A stretch of DNA of 41,998 nt from Bacteriovoracia bacterium (GCA_046570105.1 JBKHVI010000021.1:1-41998), one strand, 5' to 3'. Numbered from the stretch's first letter, positions 18,200 to 27,966 are shown. Numbers and translations: made by a program. The notes: generated by a model not told the origin, from the sequence alone.

Positions 18200-18452
18200 T
18201 GTAGCCTGCCTCTGTAATGATGGTTTTTATCTTGTCGTCAGCAAGATCGTTCGCATTCTGCGTTTTAATTGAGACGAGCTTGCTCGAGAGGTCGACCTTG
18301 ATTTCCTGCACGCTACTGATGGCCTTGAACTTCTTCTGAATACCCTGAGCGCACAACGAACAGACCATCCCGTTGACTTTTACCGTGATGTCTTCAGCGC
18401 GAACGCTGGCGATTGATAGTAGGGCAAAAAGAGAAAAGGTGAGAGCTTTCAT
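18174..18452 (-). CDS. Periplasmic HMA-domain metallochaperone (MerP/CopZ-like)
   Basis: Signal peptide from ATG 18452 (AGGAGG RBS), VNGMVCSLCA...I..AGY. Confidence 0.85.
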   Translation of the reverse strand: MKALTFSLFALLSIASVRAEDITVKVNGMVCSLCAQGIQKKFKAISSVQEIKVDLSSKLVSIKTQNANDLADDKIKTIITEAGYNVASIERK

Positions 18453-18460
18453 AGGACCTC

Positions 18461-19105
18461 CTAGAAATGTACCATCAGGTTTGCCATCCATTCCCCGCGG
18501 GTGCTGGAGCCGACTTCCCAAAGTACGTTGTGGTAAAAAAATCGCAAGAGTGGCGTAAGCATAACGGTTCGATCAGTTTCAGGCATGTACATGGCCTGAA
18601 GCATGAACCAGGTTTGCAGCTGATCGAATGGCGTCTCGCTCGGTGAAAAACCGACACGTGCCTGAGTCATGCCTAGGTCGAAGAGACTCGGTGACGTGAA
18701 CTGGTAGTGTTTCAACGCGACAAAAAGAGTACGCGATTCCCAGTCTGTTTCGAAGCCTCCCATGTAGGCTTCGCGGGTACCTTTGGTCTCTAACTCCGCA
18801 TCGAGGATACCCACGCCTGATAGGAGGTAGAAGTTAGCCTGAGAGTCTTCTCCGTTGTAGCGGTAAAGTAAGTGATTCAGGCGTGCGAGACCTAGTTCCG
18901 TGTTGCGGTCTTCTTTCGTGAATCTCCAGTGGTTGAGTCCTGAGGCCCATTTTGATGTCATGGAGTACATGAGTTGGTTGTCAGAGTAGCTAGGCATATT
19001 GAAGGAACTTACGACCTTGCCCCCACCGTAGATGACTGGGTGAGCGAGCACTAAGTTCGATGCTGTAATGAAAAAAATGAACAGATATACGCCAAAAGCT
19101 CTCAT
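18461..19105 (-). CDS. Exported protein, probable small outer-membrane beta-barrel
   Basis: Signal peptide, mature N-terminal His, amphipathic beta pattern, C-terminal Phe. Confidence 0.6.
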   Translation of the reverse strand: MRAFGVYLFIFFITASNLVLAHPVIYGGGKVVSSFNMPSYSDNQLMYSMTSKWASGLNHWRFTKEDRNTELGLARLNHLLYRYNGEDSQANFYLLSGVGILDAELETKGTREAYMGGFETDWESRTLFVALKHYQFTSPSLFDLGMTQARVGFSPSETPFDQLQTWFMLQAMYMPETDRTVMLTPLLRFFYHNVLWEVGSSTRGEWMANLMVHF

Positions 19106-19171
19106 CGGTAGGTTCTCCTTGCCACTTATAACTTAAAACGTTTCAAGTCGGGACTTTGTGACAAAGCACTT

Positions 19172-20698
19172 TTAATCAGCGTAAAGACCCGATCTGATGA
19201 GCCGTTGATATTGAGTCTGCAGAATCGACCACTCAAATCGTTTGGCCATTAGTTGCAGTTCCCAGTCGATGAGTTCTTGAGAGGACTGGGCTAGGTCTTC
19301 AACGGTGAAGTCTTCGTCTCCTTGAAGGAGGCCGCGGATCGTGCGCTCGTATTCGGAGGTGGCAGCTTTGAGCGCTTGAGTCGCCGTGAGGTAATCGGCT
19401 TGCGTTGTTCTCATGGCCGCGACCAATTGTGTGGACTGTTGTTTAATCTGGGCAAGTAAGCTCTTCTGCTTGTTTTCGAGCACGGCAGTTTCTGAGCGAG
19501 CGATTCTCAGTGAAGCCGCCCTGCCAAAACCAAGGCCCCCGCCATCAATATCTAAGAATGAGTAAGCGACACTTCCACGCATGGACCGGGAGGCCTCGAT
19601 CAATTTACTGCCTGCCTTAAGTTCAACCGATTTTTGCTCCGCCGTCGCAAAAATGTCCAAAGGAAGGGGAATACCTCCACGCAAAGGAACTTCATCCAAG
19701 TCAGGTGCTTTGAGTGCAAGTTCCGTAGCGTCGATAGGCAATGCTAGCGCAAATCTCAGTTGGGTCAGACCATTTTGAGTCATGAGTTCTAGCGCTCTTG
19801 CGTCTGTTTCGAGACCATAGGTTTTCAAATTAAAGGCGTCAGCGGTACCGGTGGGTAGAAGACGGAGATTTTCTTGCTGCTGAATAGCATCCCCAGTTTT
19901 TCTCAACCAATTTAAGCGAGAATTAAGCTTCTTAAACAGGGCCTCGTCGCGGAAATAAGAATAGTAAATACCATCCACCGCGTTCATCTGATTCGCCTTG
20001 AGGGCGTTGAAGGAAAAGACCTGGGCTTCTGCCAGCGATTTTTGTGCTTCGAAGCGGTACCAGTTACTAGGGAAGAGGAAAGGCAAGAAATCTCCGGCAA
20101 CATCGACGACGTCACCAGTGAATACTCCGATCAGTGAGCTGAGGCGCAAGCGCGGAAGAAGATTTCCGCGGGCCTCTTTGACAGCTTGGCGCGCCTGGAA
20201 AGTTCGCTCGGCTTCTTCTTGCACATCGTAGGAGGCGAGTTTCGCTCGACCGAGAAGTTGATCGCGGTCAAGCTCTTCACCCAGATAGGGGAGGTCATCA
20301 CCCGCTGTCATCTTTTGCAGTTTAAGATCAAAAGTTCTGCCGTCCGCACCCATGAGGCTTACTTCAAGTGAGTCATCTTCCCAACAGAGCTTCTCGAATA
20401 CTCCGTTCACAGCACATTTGTCATTTCTGCTGTTCCGTTTGAATTCTTTTAGCTCGCTAGTAGCAAAAGTAATTTTAACTAAGCGCTGTGAATTCGAGAT
20501 TGTGAATTTTTCGTTACTTTGACTTGCCAGAAGAGGGCCGAACCCAACGCTCCAGACGCCTGCCTTAATCCACAAGACGTTGGCGAGCACAGAGCGTTCA
20601 CCGTTCCCTCTATTAAGGGTTCCAGCATACCTACCTGCCTGGAAAGCTTGGGCTGATAAAGACAAGAGGAGCGTCGCGGCAAAAAGGGTGGCTTTCAT
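19172..20698 (-). CDS. TolC-like outer membrane protein with extra N-terminal domain
   Basis: QARQAVKEARGNLLPRLRLS OEP motif followed by long helical repeats. Confidence 0.65.
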   Translation of the reverse strand: MKATLFAATLLLSLSAQAFQAGRYAGTLNRGNGERSVLANVLWIKAGVWSVGFGPLLASQSNEKFTISNSQRLVKITFATSELKEFKRNSRNDKCAVNGVFEKLCWEDDSLEVSLMGADGRTFDLKLQKMTAGDDLPYLGEELDRDQLLGRAKLASYDVQEEAERTFQARQAVKEARGNLLPRLRLSSLIGVFTGDVVDVAGDFLPFLFPSNWYRFEAQKSLAEAQVFSFNALKANQMNAVDGIYYSYFRDEALFKKLNSRLNWLRKTGDAIQQQENLRLLPTGTADAFNLKTYGLETDARALELMTQNGLTQLRFALALPIDATELALKAPDLDEVPLRGGIPLPLDIFATAEQKSVELKAGSKLIEASRSMRGSVAYSFLDIDGGGLGFGRAASLRIARSETAVLENKQKSLLAQIKQQSTQLVAAMRTTQADYLTATQALKAATSEYERTIRGLLQGDEDFTVEDLAQSSQELIDWELQLMAKRFEWSILQTQYQRLIRSGLYAD

Positions 20699-20727
20699 GT
20701 AAAATTCTCCGTTGATATTGACGTTTT

Positions 20728-20744
20728 ATACCCGGGTGGGGTAT
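20728..20744. promoter_or_regulatory. CsoR-type operator within divergent promoter
   Basis: ATACCC-GGGTG-GGGTAT lying between TTGACG (+) and TTGACT (-) -35-like boxes. Confidence 0.75.
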
Positions 20745-20754
20745 TAGTCAATGC

Positions 20755-21120
20755 ATGTGTAACAAGAACAAAACTGAAGATCTACCCAACCCGGCTCCGA
20801 AAGCTAGCCTACTGGCTCCTCAAGGTCATGCCTGTCATCTCCCCACGCTCAAGCGTCTCAAACGGGCGCGTGGACAAGTAGAGGGCATAGAGAAAATGGT
20901 GAGTGAGGGACGTTACTGTGTCGACATCCTCTACCAAATTCAGGCGGCCGTGAAAGCGTTGCAAGTCGTTCAGGGGATCGTGCTCGAGGGACACTTTAAG
21001 CAATGCTTAAAGAATGCGGCGCTTAATGGGCAGGAAGAGGTGATCGATGAAAAGATCAGCGAACTGTTGTCATTGAGTTTGAAAATGGACTTCCAAAACG
21101 TCAATGAGGTCTCTCTATGA
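20755..21120 (+). CDS. csoR: CsoR/RcnR family metal-sensing repressor
   Basis: RLKRARGQVEGIEKMV..GRYCVDIL.Q...LEGHFKQC (Cys-His-Cys Cu(I) ligands). Confidence 0.9.
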   Translation: MCNKNKTEDLPNPAPKASLLAPQGHACHLPTLKRLKRARGQVEGIEKMVSEGRYCVDILYQIQAAVKALQVVQGIVLEGHFKQCLKNAALNGQEEVIDEKISELLSLSLKMDFQNVNEVSL

Positions 21121-21698
21121 GAAAGTATCTATTAAGCATCGTGATCGGAATTGTTGCAACAAACGTTTCGGCGCAAGAACTAAAGGATTACCGCGAATTC
21201 ACTCTCGCAGTAAGGGACACACTCACTCTTGGAATCCCTTCAACAATTGGAGGAACGGTGACGGTGGAAGCCAAGCTTATTTTAGGTGAGCCCGCAATAC
21301 CTACACCTGCCGTCTTTGATTTTCCCTTGGCCGATGAGAGCAAGTTCATCCGAAATTTTGTAGATCGCATTTATTTGAACGATGGATCATATTTAAAGAT
21401 TCAGGGTGAAGAAATACCTTTGACTTGTATTTTCCTTCACGGTCAGGACAATCGTTATTCTGGTAAAGACGATCCCCTCGCTCCTGATTTTGTTTTGCGA
21501 GTCACAATTCCTGCCAATGACTACTCTTGCGTGGGCCCCATCAATCCAGGGTGGCCCCGCACCTCTGAGCGTCGTGAGCTTTGGGATACGTCTTTGAGTT
21601 ATGTCGTACGCGATCCGACTATCATGCTTCCTGGTGACATCACAGTTCAGTATCGCAGGAATATATTTGCTGCCTATCTTATGGATTTAGGAAATTAA
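21117..21698 (+). CDS. Secreted hypothetical protein
   Basis: Signal peptide; ATGA overlap with csoR stop. Confidence 0.75.
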   Translation: MRKYLLSIVIGIVATNVSAQELKDYREFTLAVRDTLTLGIPSTIGGTVTVEAKLILGEPAIPTPAVFDFPLADESKFIRNFVDRIYLNDGSYLKIQGEEIPLTCIFLHGQDNRYSGKDDPLAPDFVLRVTIPANDYSCVGPINPGWPRTSERRELWDTSLSYVVRDPTIMLPGDITVQYRRNIFAAYLMDLGN

Positions 21699-21699
21699 A

Positions 21700-22656
21700 A
21701 TGAAGCATCTTAAATTAGTTTTGTTACTAGGTATTATGATTGTTTCATCAATTGCGAAAGCTTCAGTGTGGTATCCGTTACCCGTAGAAGCCTATGGCTT
21801 TGGAAAAAAATATCCAAAAGCCCAGAGTTTACTTTTTGCTTTTGATTATGGGCATGCACTTGTCTATGAGCGTCTGCTTCTACATCGTGGCAGAATTTCT
21901 AATCCCGCGGATTTCGAGAGAAAAATTCTAGCTGACGTCATGAAAATTCTCCAAAATCCCCCCACCGTTAAAGTAGAAGAAGATGACATTGCCCCAAGCT
22001 ATGTTGATCGCTTTCCTCTGCTGCTAAATCTCTTCGATTGGTCGCATCTGTTGCATCAATTTGTTTTGGATGTGCTGGCGACTTCACAAGACCGCGGTCC
22101 AGGGATGATCCTTCGTGTGAATGCCTTAACTGATCAATATCAAGCCGCCAAACCGGTCGCCATCACGGACACATGCAAGACGATGGACTTCATGGATGGG
22201 CATTATTTTTCTAAAGCATTTAGAGAAAACTACCCCTCGTTTAATCAATTGATCTGGGCGTACCACTGGTTCCAGATACGCCTCTACGAAGATCTACTGC
22301 TGCCGACAGAAATTGAGCGAGATGCTGCGGTTGCGGCTACGACGGAAGAGTTCTTCGAGTTATTGTCAGACTTGCCTGACTCGGCAGGTTTCGAAATGAT
22401 GCCGGAGACCGCTGTGGAAGCGCCAACATTCGCAAAAAACTTTCCGAAGCTTCCACCTGCGTTTGACAACAACCACATGCTCCATGACATCGTATCTGAT
22501 CTGCTCGTCTCTTCCGTTGTTCCATTCGAGGCTCTACGTCGGGAGGGAATTCGCATGGGAAGAATGGCTCTAGACCCTGACGCCTTCCGTGCTACCACTT
22601 GCGGGCATGGTGGTGGGCATGGAGGAACTCACGGCGGTGGGGCCGGCGGACAGTAA
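21700..22656 (+). CDS. Secreted His-rich helical hypothetical protein
   Basis: FDYGH, FDWSHLLH, WAYHWFQ, FDNNHMLHD; Gly/His tail. Confidence 0.75.
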   Translation: MKHLKLVLLLGIMIVSSIAKASVWYPLPVEAYGFGKKYPKAQSLLFAFDYGHALVYERLLLHRGRISNPADFERKILADVMKILQNPPTVKVEEDDIAPSYVDRFPLLLNLFDWSHLLHQFVLDVLATSQDRGPGMILRVNALTDQYQAAKPVAITDTCKTMDFMDGHYFSKAFRENYPSFNQLIWAYHWFQIRLYEDLLLPTEIERDAAVAATTEEFFELLSDLPDSAGFEMMPETAVEAPTFAKNFPKLPPAFDNNHMLHDIVSDLLVSSVVPFEALRREGIRMGRMALDPDAFRATTCGHGGGHGGTHGGGAGGQ

Positions 22657-22680
22657 ATCTATTAATAAACAGGAGACCCA

Positions 22681-23265
22681 ATGAAAAATTTCTCAGCTTC
22701 GATCTTAGTCACGGCGACACTTCTCATACCTTTTTCAACAAAGGCAGCGGTGAGCATGGCGAAAGCCGCCGAACTAGCTCTTCACCGTGTCGAGCGTCTC
22801 GTGACCCTCAAAAAAATTGATGAGTCATTTATCACACGTTTCGAGTCTCTAACCCTCAAGGCTATCGACCCAGTTCAACATGCTGGCGCAAGCTTTGCGA
22901 CAGTCGTTGGACAGCAAGGAGACGTAGGGACCGATGCTTTGCGTGTTGAAATCAAGCAAGACGGTAATGGCCGCGCCCTAAACTTTGCTCTTCTCCCTGG
23001 AACTGCTGCGAGGAGCCCTGTGAACTGGGCAGCGAAAGACCCTTTGTCTCTAACTGAAACTGTTCTACACCACCTGACCGAGTCAGGTCATGGCGAAATC
23101 GATTTATCGGCATTCGATAAAGGGATGACGAGTCTTGTGATCGTGCCCGTAGTAACTGCGACGGGAACCATCGCTCAGGCAACTATCCTTTCGTCTGAGA
23201 CGGAAAGAAAACTTATGATGTCGCTTGAGATGGATGGAACGTTCATATCCGCGGTCATCGAGTGA
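22681..23265 (+). CDS. Secreted hypothetical protein
   Basis: Signal peptide, AGGAG RBS, operonic position. Confidence 0.75.
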   Translation: MKNFSASILVTATLLIPFSTKAAVSMAKAAELALHRVERLVTLKKIDESFITRFESLTLKAIDPVQHAGASFATVVGQQGDVGTDALRVEIKQDGNGRALNFALLPGTAARSPVNWAAKDPLSLTETVLHHLTESGHGEIDLSAFDKGMTSLVIVPVVTATGTIAQATILSSETERKLMMSLEMDGTFISAVIE

Positions 23266-23266
23266 G

Positions 23267-23944
23267 ATGAAAGCACTCTGTCTGACGCTTCTTCTTTTCG
23301 CCCTAGTAGGCTGCAACTACCAATACGATAAAGGGGAGGGGGTCACAGTTTCTTCGGCTCCGCTCTCCTTGCGACAGAGCGTCTCGTTCGAGCAGGTTTA
23401 CAGCGAGGTCTTCGCGTCAAAATGCATTGGCTGCCATGGTCAATCTGGCAACGTGGAACTCGAAACCTACCGTCAAGCGATAGGTCATCTTGTGCAAATT
23501 AAAGACTCCGTTTTCAAAGAGCAAACAATGCCGAAATCGCCACTTTCAGGCCTCTCGAAACGTCAGCAGATGGTTCTGATGGCGTGGATCGAAGAAGGGG
23601 GTCCCGAATTCGCTCGTGATGGTTCAACGGGCGGAACACCACGACTTCCGCTAGAGCCTACATTCACATCCATAAAAAAAAATATTCTTGAGTCGAAATG
23701 CCTGTCGTGTCATTCAGCAGGGCAAGCCGTCGAGCGCATCCCACTGGTCACAATAAGTGACTTGGTTGATTCGCCACTTGAGATCGTTCTTCCAGGTAAT
23801 CCCGAAGAGAGCGGGTTGATGTTAGTTACTGACCCCAGTGCTCGCAAGCCCATGCCGCCTATTGATTCAGGCTTCGCCCTCCTAACTGAAAATGAACGTG
23901 AAATAATTCGACAGTGGATTCTTCAAGGAGCACCGAGCCTATGA
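23267..23944 (+). CDS. Diheme cytochrome c lipoprotein
   Basis: Lipobox LVG-C; CIGCH and CLSCH, each followed by MP(K/P)...WI..G; PGNPEES motif. Confidence 0.85.
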   Translation: MKALCLTLLLFALVGCNYQYDKGEGVTVSSAPLSLRQSVSFEQVYSEVFASKCIGCHGQSGNVELETYRQAIGHLVQIKDSVFKEQTMPKSPLSGLSKRQQMVLMAWIEEGGPEFARDGSTGGTPRLPLEPTFTSIKKNILESKCLSCHSAGQAVERIPLVTISDLVDSPLEIVLPGNPEESGLMLVTDPSARKPMPPIDSGFALLTENEREIIRQWILQGAPSL

Positions 23945-24507
23945 AAATAGTGTGCTTCATTCTCCTTGTCTCCTTCAGTGTGCAAGGCTTTGGCCGGAGT
24001 TTAAGGATCGATAAGAAAAAATGTACGGTCTCATTTTTGGCGCAGGGACGTCCTAGCGCAATAAAGATAGAAGGCGAGGGTGCTCACTGTGAAGGTGAAT
24101 TCTTCGTCGATGCGGATCAAGAAAGCCTAGGACGCATTACCATCGACCTTTCTGATTTCACCACAGGCATGGGTCTCAGGGACCGTCACATGCATGAAAA
24201 GTATCTTGAGACCAAAAAGGAAGCTTTCAAAAAAGCCACCCTGACATTCTCGGACATAAAAAAATTTCGCCAAGAGATGGAGGATGGAACGTTCAAGGGC
24301 ACACTCAACGCACAACTGAGCCTGCACGGCGTGACGAGAGAGGTTCCGGTAAACCTTGATTTTGCTGCTCAAGAATCTAAGAGCAAAGGCCACTTCAAAT
24401 TCCAGCTTAAAATCAGTGACTATGGAATAGAGATCCCTTCATTTATGGAAATTACCATGGCCGATGTCGTGGATGTTTCCGGAGAAGTTGAAGCGGCGAT
24501 TCATTGA
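23941..24507 (+). CDS. YceI family lipid/polyisoprenoid-binding protein
   Basis: TGMGLRDRHM..KYLE...LSLHGVTREV...F.LKISDYGI. Confidence 0.9.
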   Translation: MKIVCFILLVSFSVQGFGRSLRIDKKKCTVSFLAQGRPSAIKIEGEGAHCEGEFFVDADQESLGRITIDLSDFTTGMGLRDRHMHEKYLETKKEAFKKATLTFSDIKKFRQEMEDGTFKGTLNAQLSLHGVTREVPVNLDFAAQESKSKGHFKFQLKISDYGIEIPSFMEITMADVVDVSGEVEAAIH

Positions 24508-25601
24508 AGTCAGCACTGTTCTTATTTTTTCTTAGCTTATCCTCAACTTGTTATGCGTATGTGGAACTTGCGCGACACGGGTATGCGAACTGCACTTCTT
24601 GCCATATTTCTCCATCCGGCGGCGGCGTGCTCACGAACTACGGGCGAGAACTCTCTAAGGAAGTTCTAAGTACCTGGGGGCGAGACGGGGAGCAAAAATT
24701 CGCCTATGGCTTGGTAGATACCCCGAAAGATGTATTGCTGGGGGCGTTCGTTCGGGCATTGCAAGTTCACCGCGAGGACAAGCAAAGAGTTCAAGGCATG
24801 GGCATCCTCATGCAGGCGGATGCGGAAATCGCCTATAACAATCAGCGATTTGCCACCGTATTTTCTTTCGGTAGGCAGGAGATCAGAAAAGGACTCGAAA
24901 GTGAAAGTCGAGCTTTCAGTCGGCGGCACTACGTTCTGTGGAGATTCAGCGAGACATGGGCCATCAGGGCCGGGCGATTCATGAAGAGCTATGGTTTGAA
25001 TGATCCGAATCATAACCTCTTCGTCAGACGCGATCTCAATTTCAGTTTTGACTCTGAAACATACAACCTCGAACTTTCGCAGGCAGGGCCAACGTCTTCG
25101 TTTTTTCTCACCTACTCGGATGGGCTCATACTCAATAAGGACTGGACCACACTCAAAGAGAGAGGGGTTACATCGTACTACAGTTGGTTCTTGTTTAATA
25201 AAGCGAAGCTCGGGTTCAACGCCTATCACGGTGAGAGCGAGACGAGCCGTCGCGATGTGGCGGGAGTTTGGGGCCTCGTGCCGTACAAAAATTTTTTCTG
25301 GCTAACTCAGTCTGATTGGCAGAAAACAAGAACTGACGGAGTGAGTACGAAGAAAGAAGGCTACGTAACGAGCAACCGTATTAGCTATGAGATCAAACAA
25401 GGGGTACTGCCCTTCCTACTCGTCGAAAGAAAGAAGCTCAACCGAGCACAAGATCTATCGGAACAAGAGTCTCTAGGCCTTGGACTTCAGTGGTTTCCTA
25501 GGCCACACTGGGAAATTCTCGCTGCGGCCCAACGAGGTCGAGTGGTTACGTCTGGCGATCAATCCGACCTGCTTTGGCTCATGGTCCATTTTTATTTGTA
25601 A
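24504..25601 (+). CDS. Cyc2-like fused monoheme cytochrome c / beta-barrel outer membrane protein
   Basis: Signal peptide, then ELARHGYANCTSCHISPSGGGVLTNYGR, followed by an amphipathic beta region ending LMVHFYL. Confidence 0.7.
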   Translation: MKSALFLFFLSLSSTCYAYVELARHGYANCTSCHISPSGGGVLTNYGRELSKEVLSTWGRDGEQKFAYGLVDTPKDVLLGAFVRALQVHREDKQRVQGMGILMQADAEIAYNNQRFATVFSFGRQEIRKGLESESRAFSRRHYVLWRFSETWAIRAGRFMKSYGLNDPNHNLFVRRDLNFSFDSETYNLELSQAGPTSSFFLTYSDGLILNKDWTTLKERGVTSYYSWFLFNKAKLGFNAYHGESETSRRDVAGVWGLVPYKNFFWLTQSDWQKTRTDGVSTKKEGYVTSNRISYEIKQGVLPFLLVERKKLNRAQDLSEQESLGLGLQWFPRPHWEILAAAQRGRVVTSGDQSDLLWLMVHFYL

Positions 25602-25613
25602 GGATGAATTTGT

Positions 25614-27731
25614 ATGAAGTTACTCCCGCTCATGATGCTTTTTTTTGTGACCGCAGTGCAGGCCAGAGTGGTGCATTACGAATTGACCGCCACCAAGGGA
25701 AAGATCAATCTAAGCGGCAAAATGGAAGTTGATTTTGCGCTCATGCTCAATGGAGGAATCCCGTCTCCGACCCTCGAGTTCACCGAAGGCGACGAAGCCG
25801 AGATCGTTGTAACGAATAACATTCCTGACGACGAACTCTCGATTCATTGGCACGGGATTCTCCTCGATCCGGCCATGGACGGAGTGCCCTACGTGAACAC
25901 CCCACCGATTCCGTCCGGCGAAAAGTTCACCTTCAAGTTTAAACTCCGACAGCACGGGACGTACTGGTATCACTCGCACACGAACGTCCAGGAACAGAAA
26001 GGTGTTTACGGCGCGATCGTCATTCATCCACGAGAGAAGAAAATTAAAGCGGACCAAGATCTCGTCGTGGTGCTGAGTGATTGGTCGGATGAAGATGCCA
26101 CGCAAATTCTTAACAATCTTCGTAAGGACGGCGATTACTACCTCTTCAAGAAACAGACCATGCGGTCATGGTGGGGAGCGCTGCAAGCAGGCGCATTAGG
26201 CCAGTTTCTTAGTAATGAATGGACTCGCATGGGAGGGATGGACTACTCCGACGTGGGATACGATGCTTTCCTCATCAACGGCAAAAAAGACGGCCAAGGG
26301 TTGATGGCGCATCCGGGAGAGAAGATCCGCGTTCGCATCATCAACGCAGCCGCCTCGTCGTACTTCTACGTTTCCTTAGGGCAGGCACCGATGAAGATCA
26401 TCGCTCTCGATGGTGTTGACATTGAGCCTACCTATGCCAATGAGTTCCTCATCGGCATGGCCGAAACCTACGACATTCTTTTCGTCGTCCCTGATCATAA
26501 GAACTACGAACTCAAAGCAACCGCACAAGATGGCACCGGCTCGGCTTCGACATGGATCGGCATGGGCGATAAGGTCTTTGCACCTAAGAAACCCTTTCCG
26601 GACATGTATGCGTCGATGATGGACCACGGGGCGATGGATCACTCAAAAATGAGCGAGGCTCCTATGGATCACTCAAAAATGAGTGAAGCCCCTATGGATC
26701 ACTCCCAGATGGGACACGGGTCAATGGACCATGGATCGATGGACCATGGATCGATGGACCATGTTCCAGCCAAAGAAACTGAAGTGATTAAATCCTTCAG
26801 CGTAGAAGACGCCATGGCTTCAGAAGAAACAGAGTTCGCGCCGAGCATTCCTCGCCACGACGTGAAACTGGTGCTCGACGGCGACATGGAAAGATACGTG
26901 TGGCACATCAATGGCAAAGCGATCCACGAAGACCGCACTATCATGATCCGTGAGCGCGAGGTTGTGAGGTTCACTTTTGTGAATCAAACCATGATGCATC
27001 ATCCGATGCACCTACACGGACACTTCTTCCGCGTCTTGAACAAGCACGGCAAGCGATCACCAATGAAACACACGGTGGACGTGGCCCCGCACACCACGAA
27101 GGTCATCGAGTTCTACACCGACGAGCCGGGGGAGTGGATGCTCCACTGTCATAATCTTTACCATCTGAAGACGGGCATGGCTCGAGTCGTGAAGTACTCG
27201 AGCTACACACCTTCAAAAGAGATTCAGAAACTTCAGAAGCAAGACCCGCATCTCCACGACCATACTTATCACCGTGGTTTGATCGAAGCGGCAACGAACC
27301 ATGCCCAGGCCGAGTTGTTTTTTATGCGCACCTGGGACGAGCTTGAGTTGAGAACGGAGCTGCGCAAAGACTTCGGCTGGCAGGGCGAGGGCGATCTTTT
27401 CTATAAACGCTGGCTAAATAAGTGGGCGCATTTGATTGCGGGTGGAGCGATGGTCGAGGGTGAGGGCGCTGGAGTGGTTGGGGTTGGTTACATTCTCCCT
27501 TTTTTGATCGAGTCCCATGCCATCATCGATCACCAAGGCCGCGGCCGACTTAACCTCGAGAAACGGTTCCAATGGACCGACGTGATTTACACCGATACGG
27601 AATTTACCTTTCGTCAGAAGCAGCCTTCGGAATTTGAGGTTTCGCTCATGTACCAGCGGCAGTGGGCCTGGGCGGGAGGTCTGATGTTTACGGAAAACAG
27701 TGCTGGGGTTGGTTTGCAATATCAGTTCTAG
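25614..27731 (+). CDS. Multicopper oxidase (CopA/PcoA-like) with Met/His linker and C-terminal barrel-like domain
   Basis: HWHG, WYHSH, HPMHLHGH, HCHNLYHLKTGM; MDH repeats; beta-rich C-terminus ending YQF. Confidence 0.92.
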   Translation: MKLLPLMMLFFVTAVQARVVHYELTATKGKINLSGKMEVDFALMLNGGIPSPTLEFTEGDEAEIVVTNNIPDDELSIHWHGILLDPAMDGVPYVNTPPIPSGEKFTFKFKLRQHGTYWYHSHTNVQEQKGVYGAIVIHPREKKIKADQDLVVVLSDWSDEDATQILNNLRKDGDYYLFKKQTMRSWWGALQAGALGQFLSNEWTRMGGMDYSDVGYDAFLINGKKDGQGLMAHPGEKIRVRIINAAASSYFYVSLGQAPMKIIALDGVDIEPTYANEFLIGMAETYDILFVVPDHKNYELKATAQDGTGSASTWIGMGDKVFAPKKPFPDMYASMMDHGAMDHSKMSEAPMDHSKMSEAPMDHSQMGHGSMDHGSMDHGSMDHVPAKETEVIKSFSVEDAMASEETEFAPSIPRHDVKLVLDGDMERYVWHINGKAIHEDRTIMIREREVVRFTFVNQTMMHHPMHLHGHFFRVLNKHGKRSPMKHTVDVAPHTTKVIEFYTDEPGEWMLHCHNLYHLKTGMARVVKYSSYTPSKEIQKLQKQDPHLHDHTYHRGLIEAATNHAQAELFFMRTWDELELRTELRKDFGWQGEGDLFYKRWLNKWAHLIAGGAMVEGEGAGVVGVGYILPFLIESHAIIDHQGRGRLNLEKRFQWTDVIYTDTEFTFRQKQPSEFEVSLMYQRQWAWAGGLMFTENSAGVGLQYQF
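26619..26762 (+). repeat. Coding Met/His repeats (MDHSKMSEAP x2, MDHGS-type units)
   Basis: 30-bp and 15-bp tandem duplications read directly. Confidence 0.85.
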
Positions 27732-27744
27732 GAAGGAGTGTCGG

Positions 27745-27819
27745 ATGAAATTTTTTCGCTTTGTGGCTACGGCCGCAAAGAAAGTGGCTCGCTTCTTCAA
27801 ATCAAACTGCTGTGAGTAA
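27745..27819 (+). CDS. Putative 24-aa small protein MKFFRFVATAAKKVARFFKSNCCE
   Basis: AAGGAG RBS 6 nt upstream; directly follows the oxidase stop; below the ORF-track size cutoff. Confidence 0.5.
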   Translation: MKFFRFVATAAKKVARFFKSNCCE

Positions 27820-27966
27820 TCAATTAATTAGGCTTCAGTTTCGTTAGCACTAAAGCGTGTAGCAGTCTCTGTTCAATTGTTGGGCACTTCCTCTAACCAA
27901 ATTCTTGACTCAGTTAGTCTGTGCTTGACTAATTTTTTTGGGATAGGCGGTTGTTGCTTAACGACT

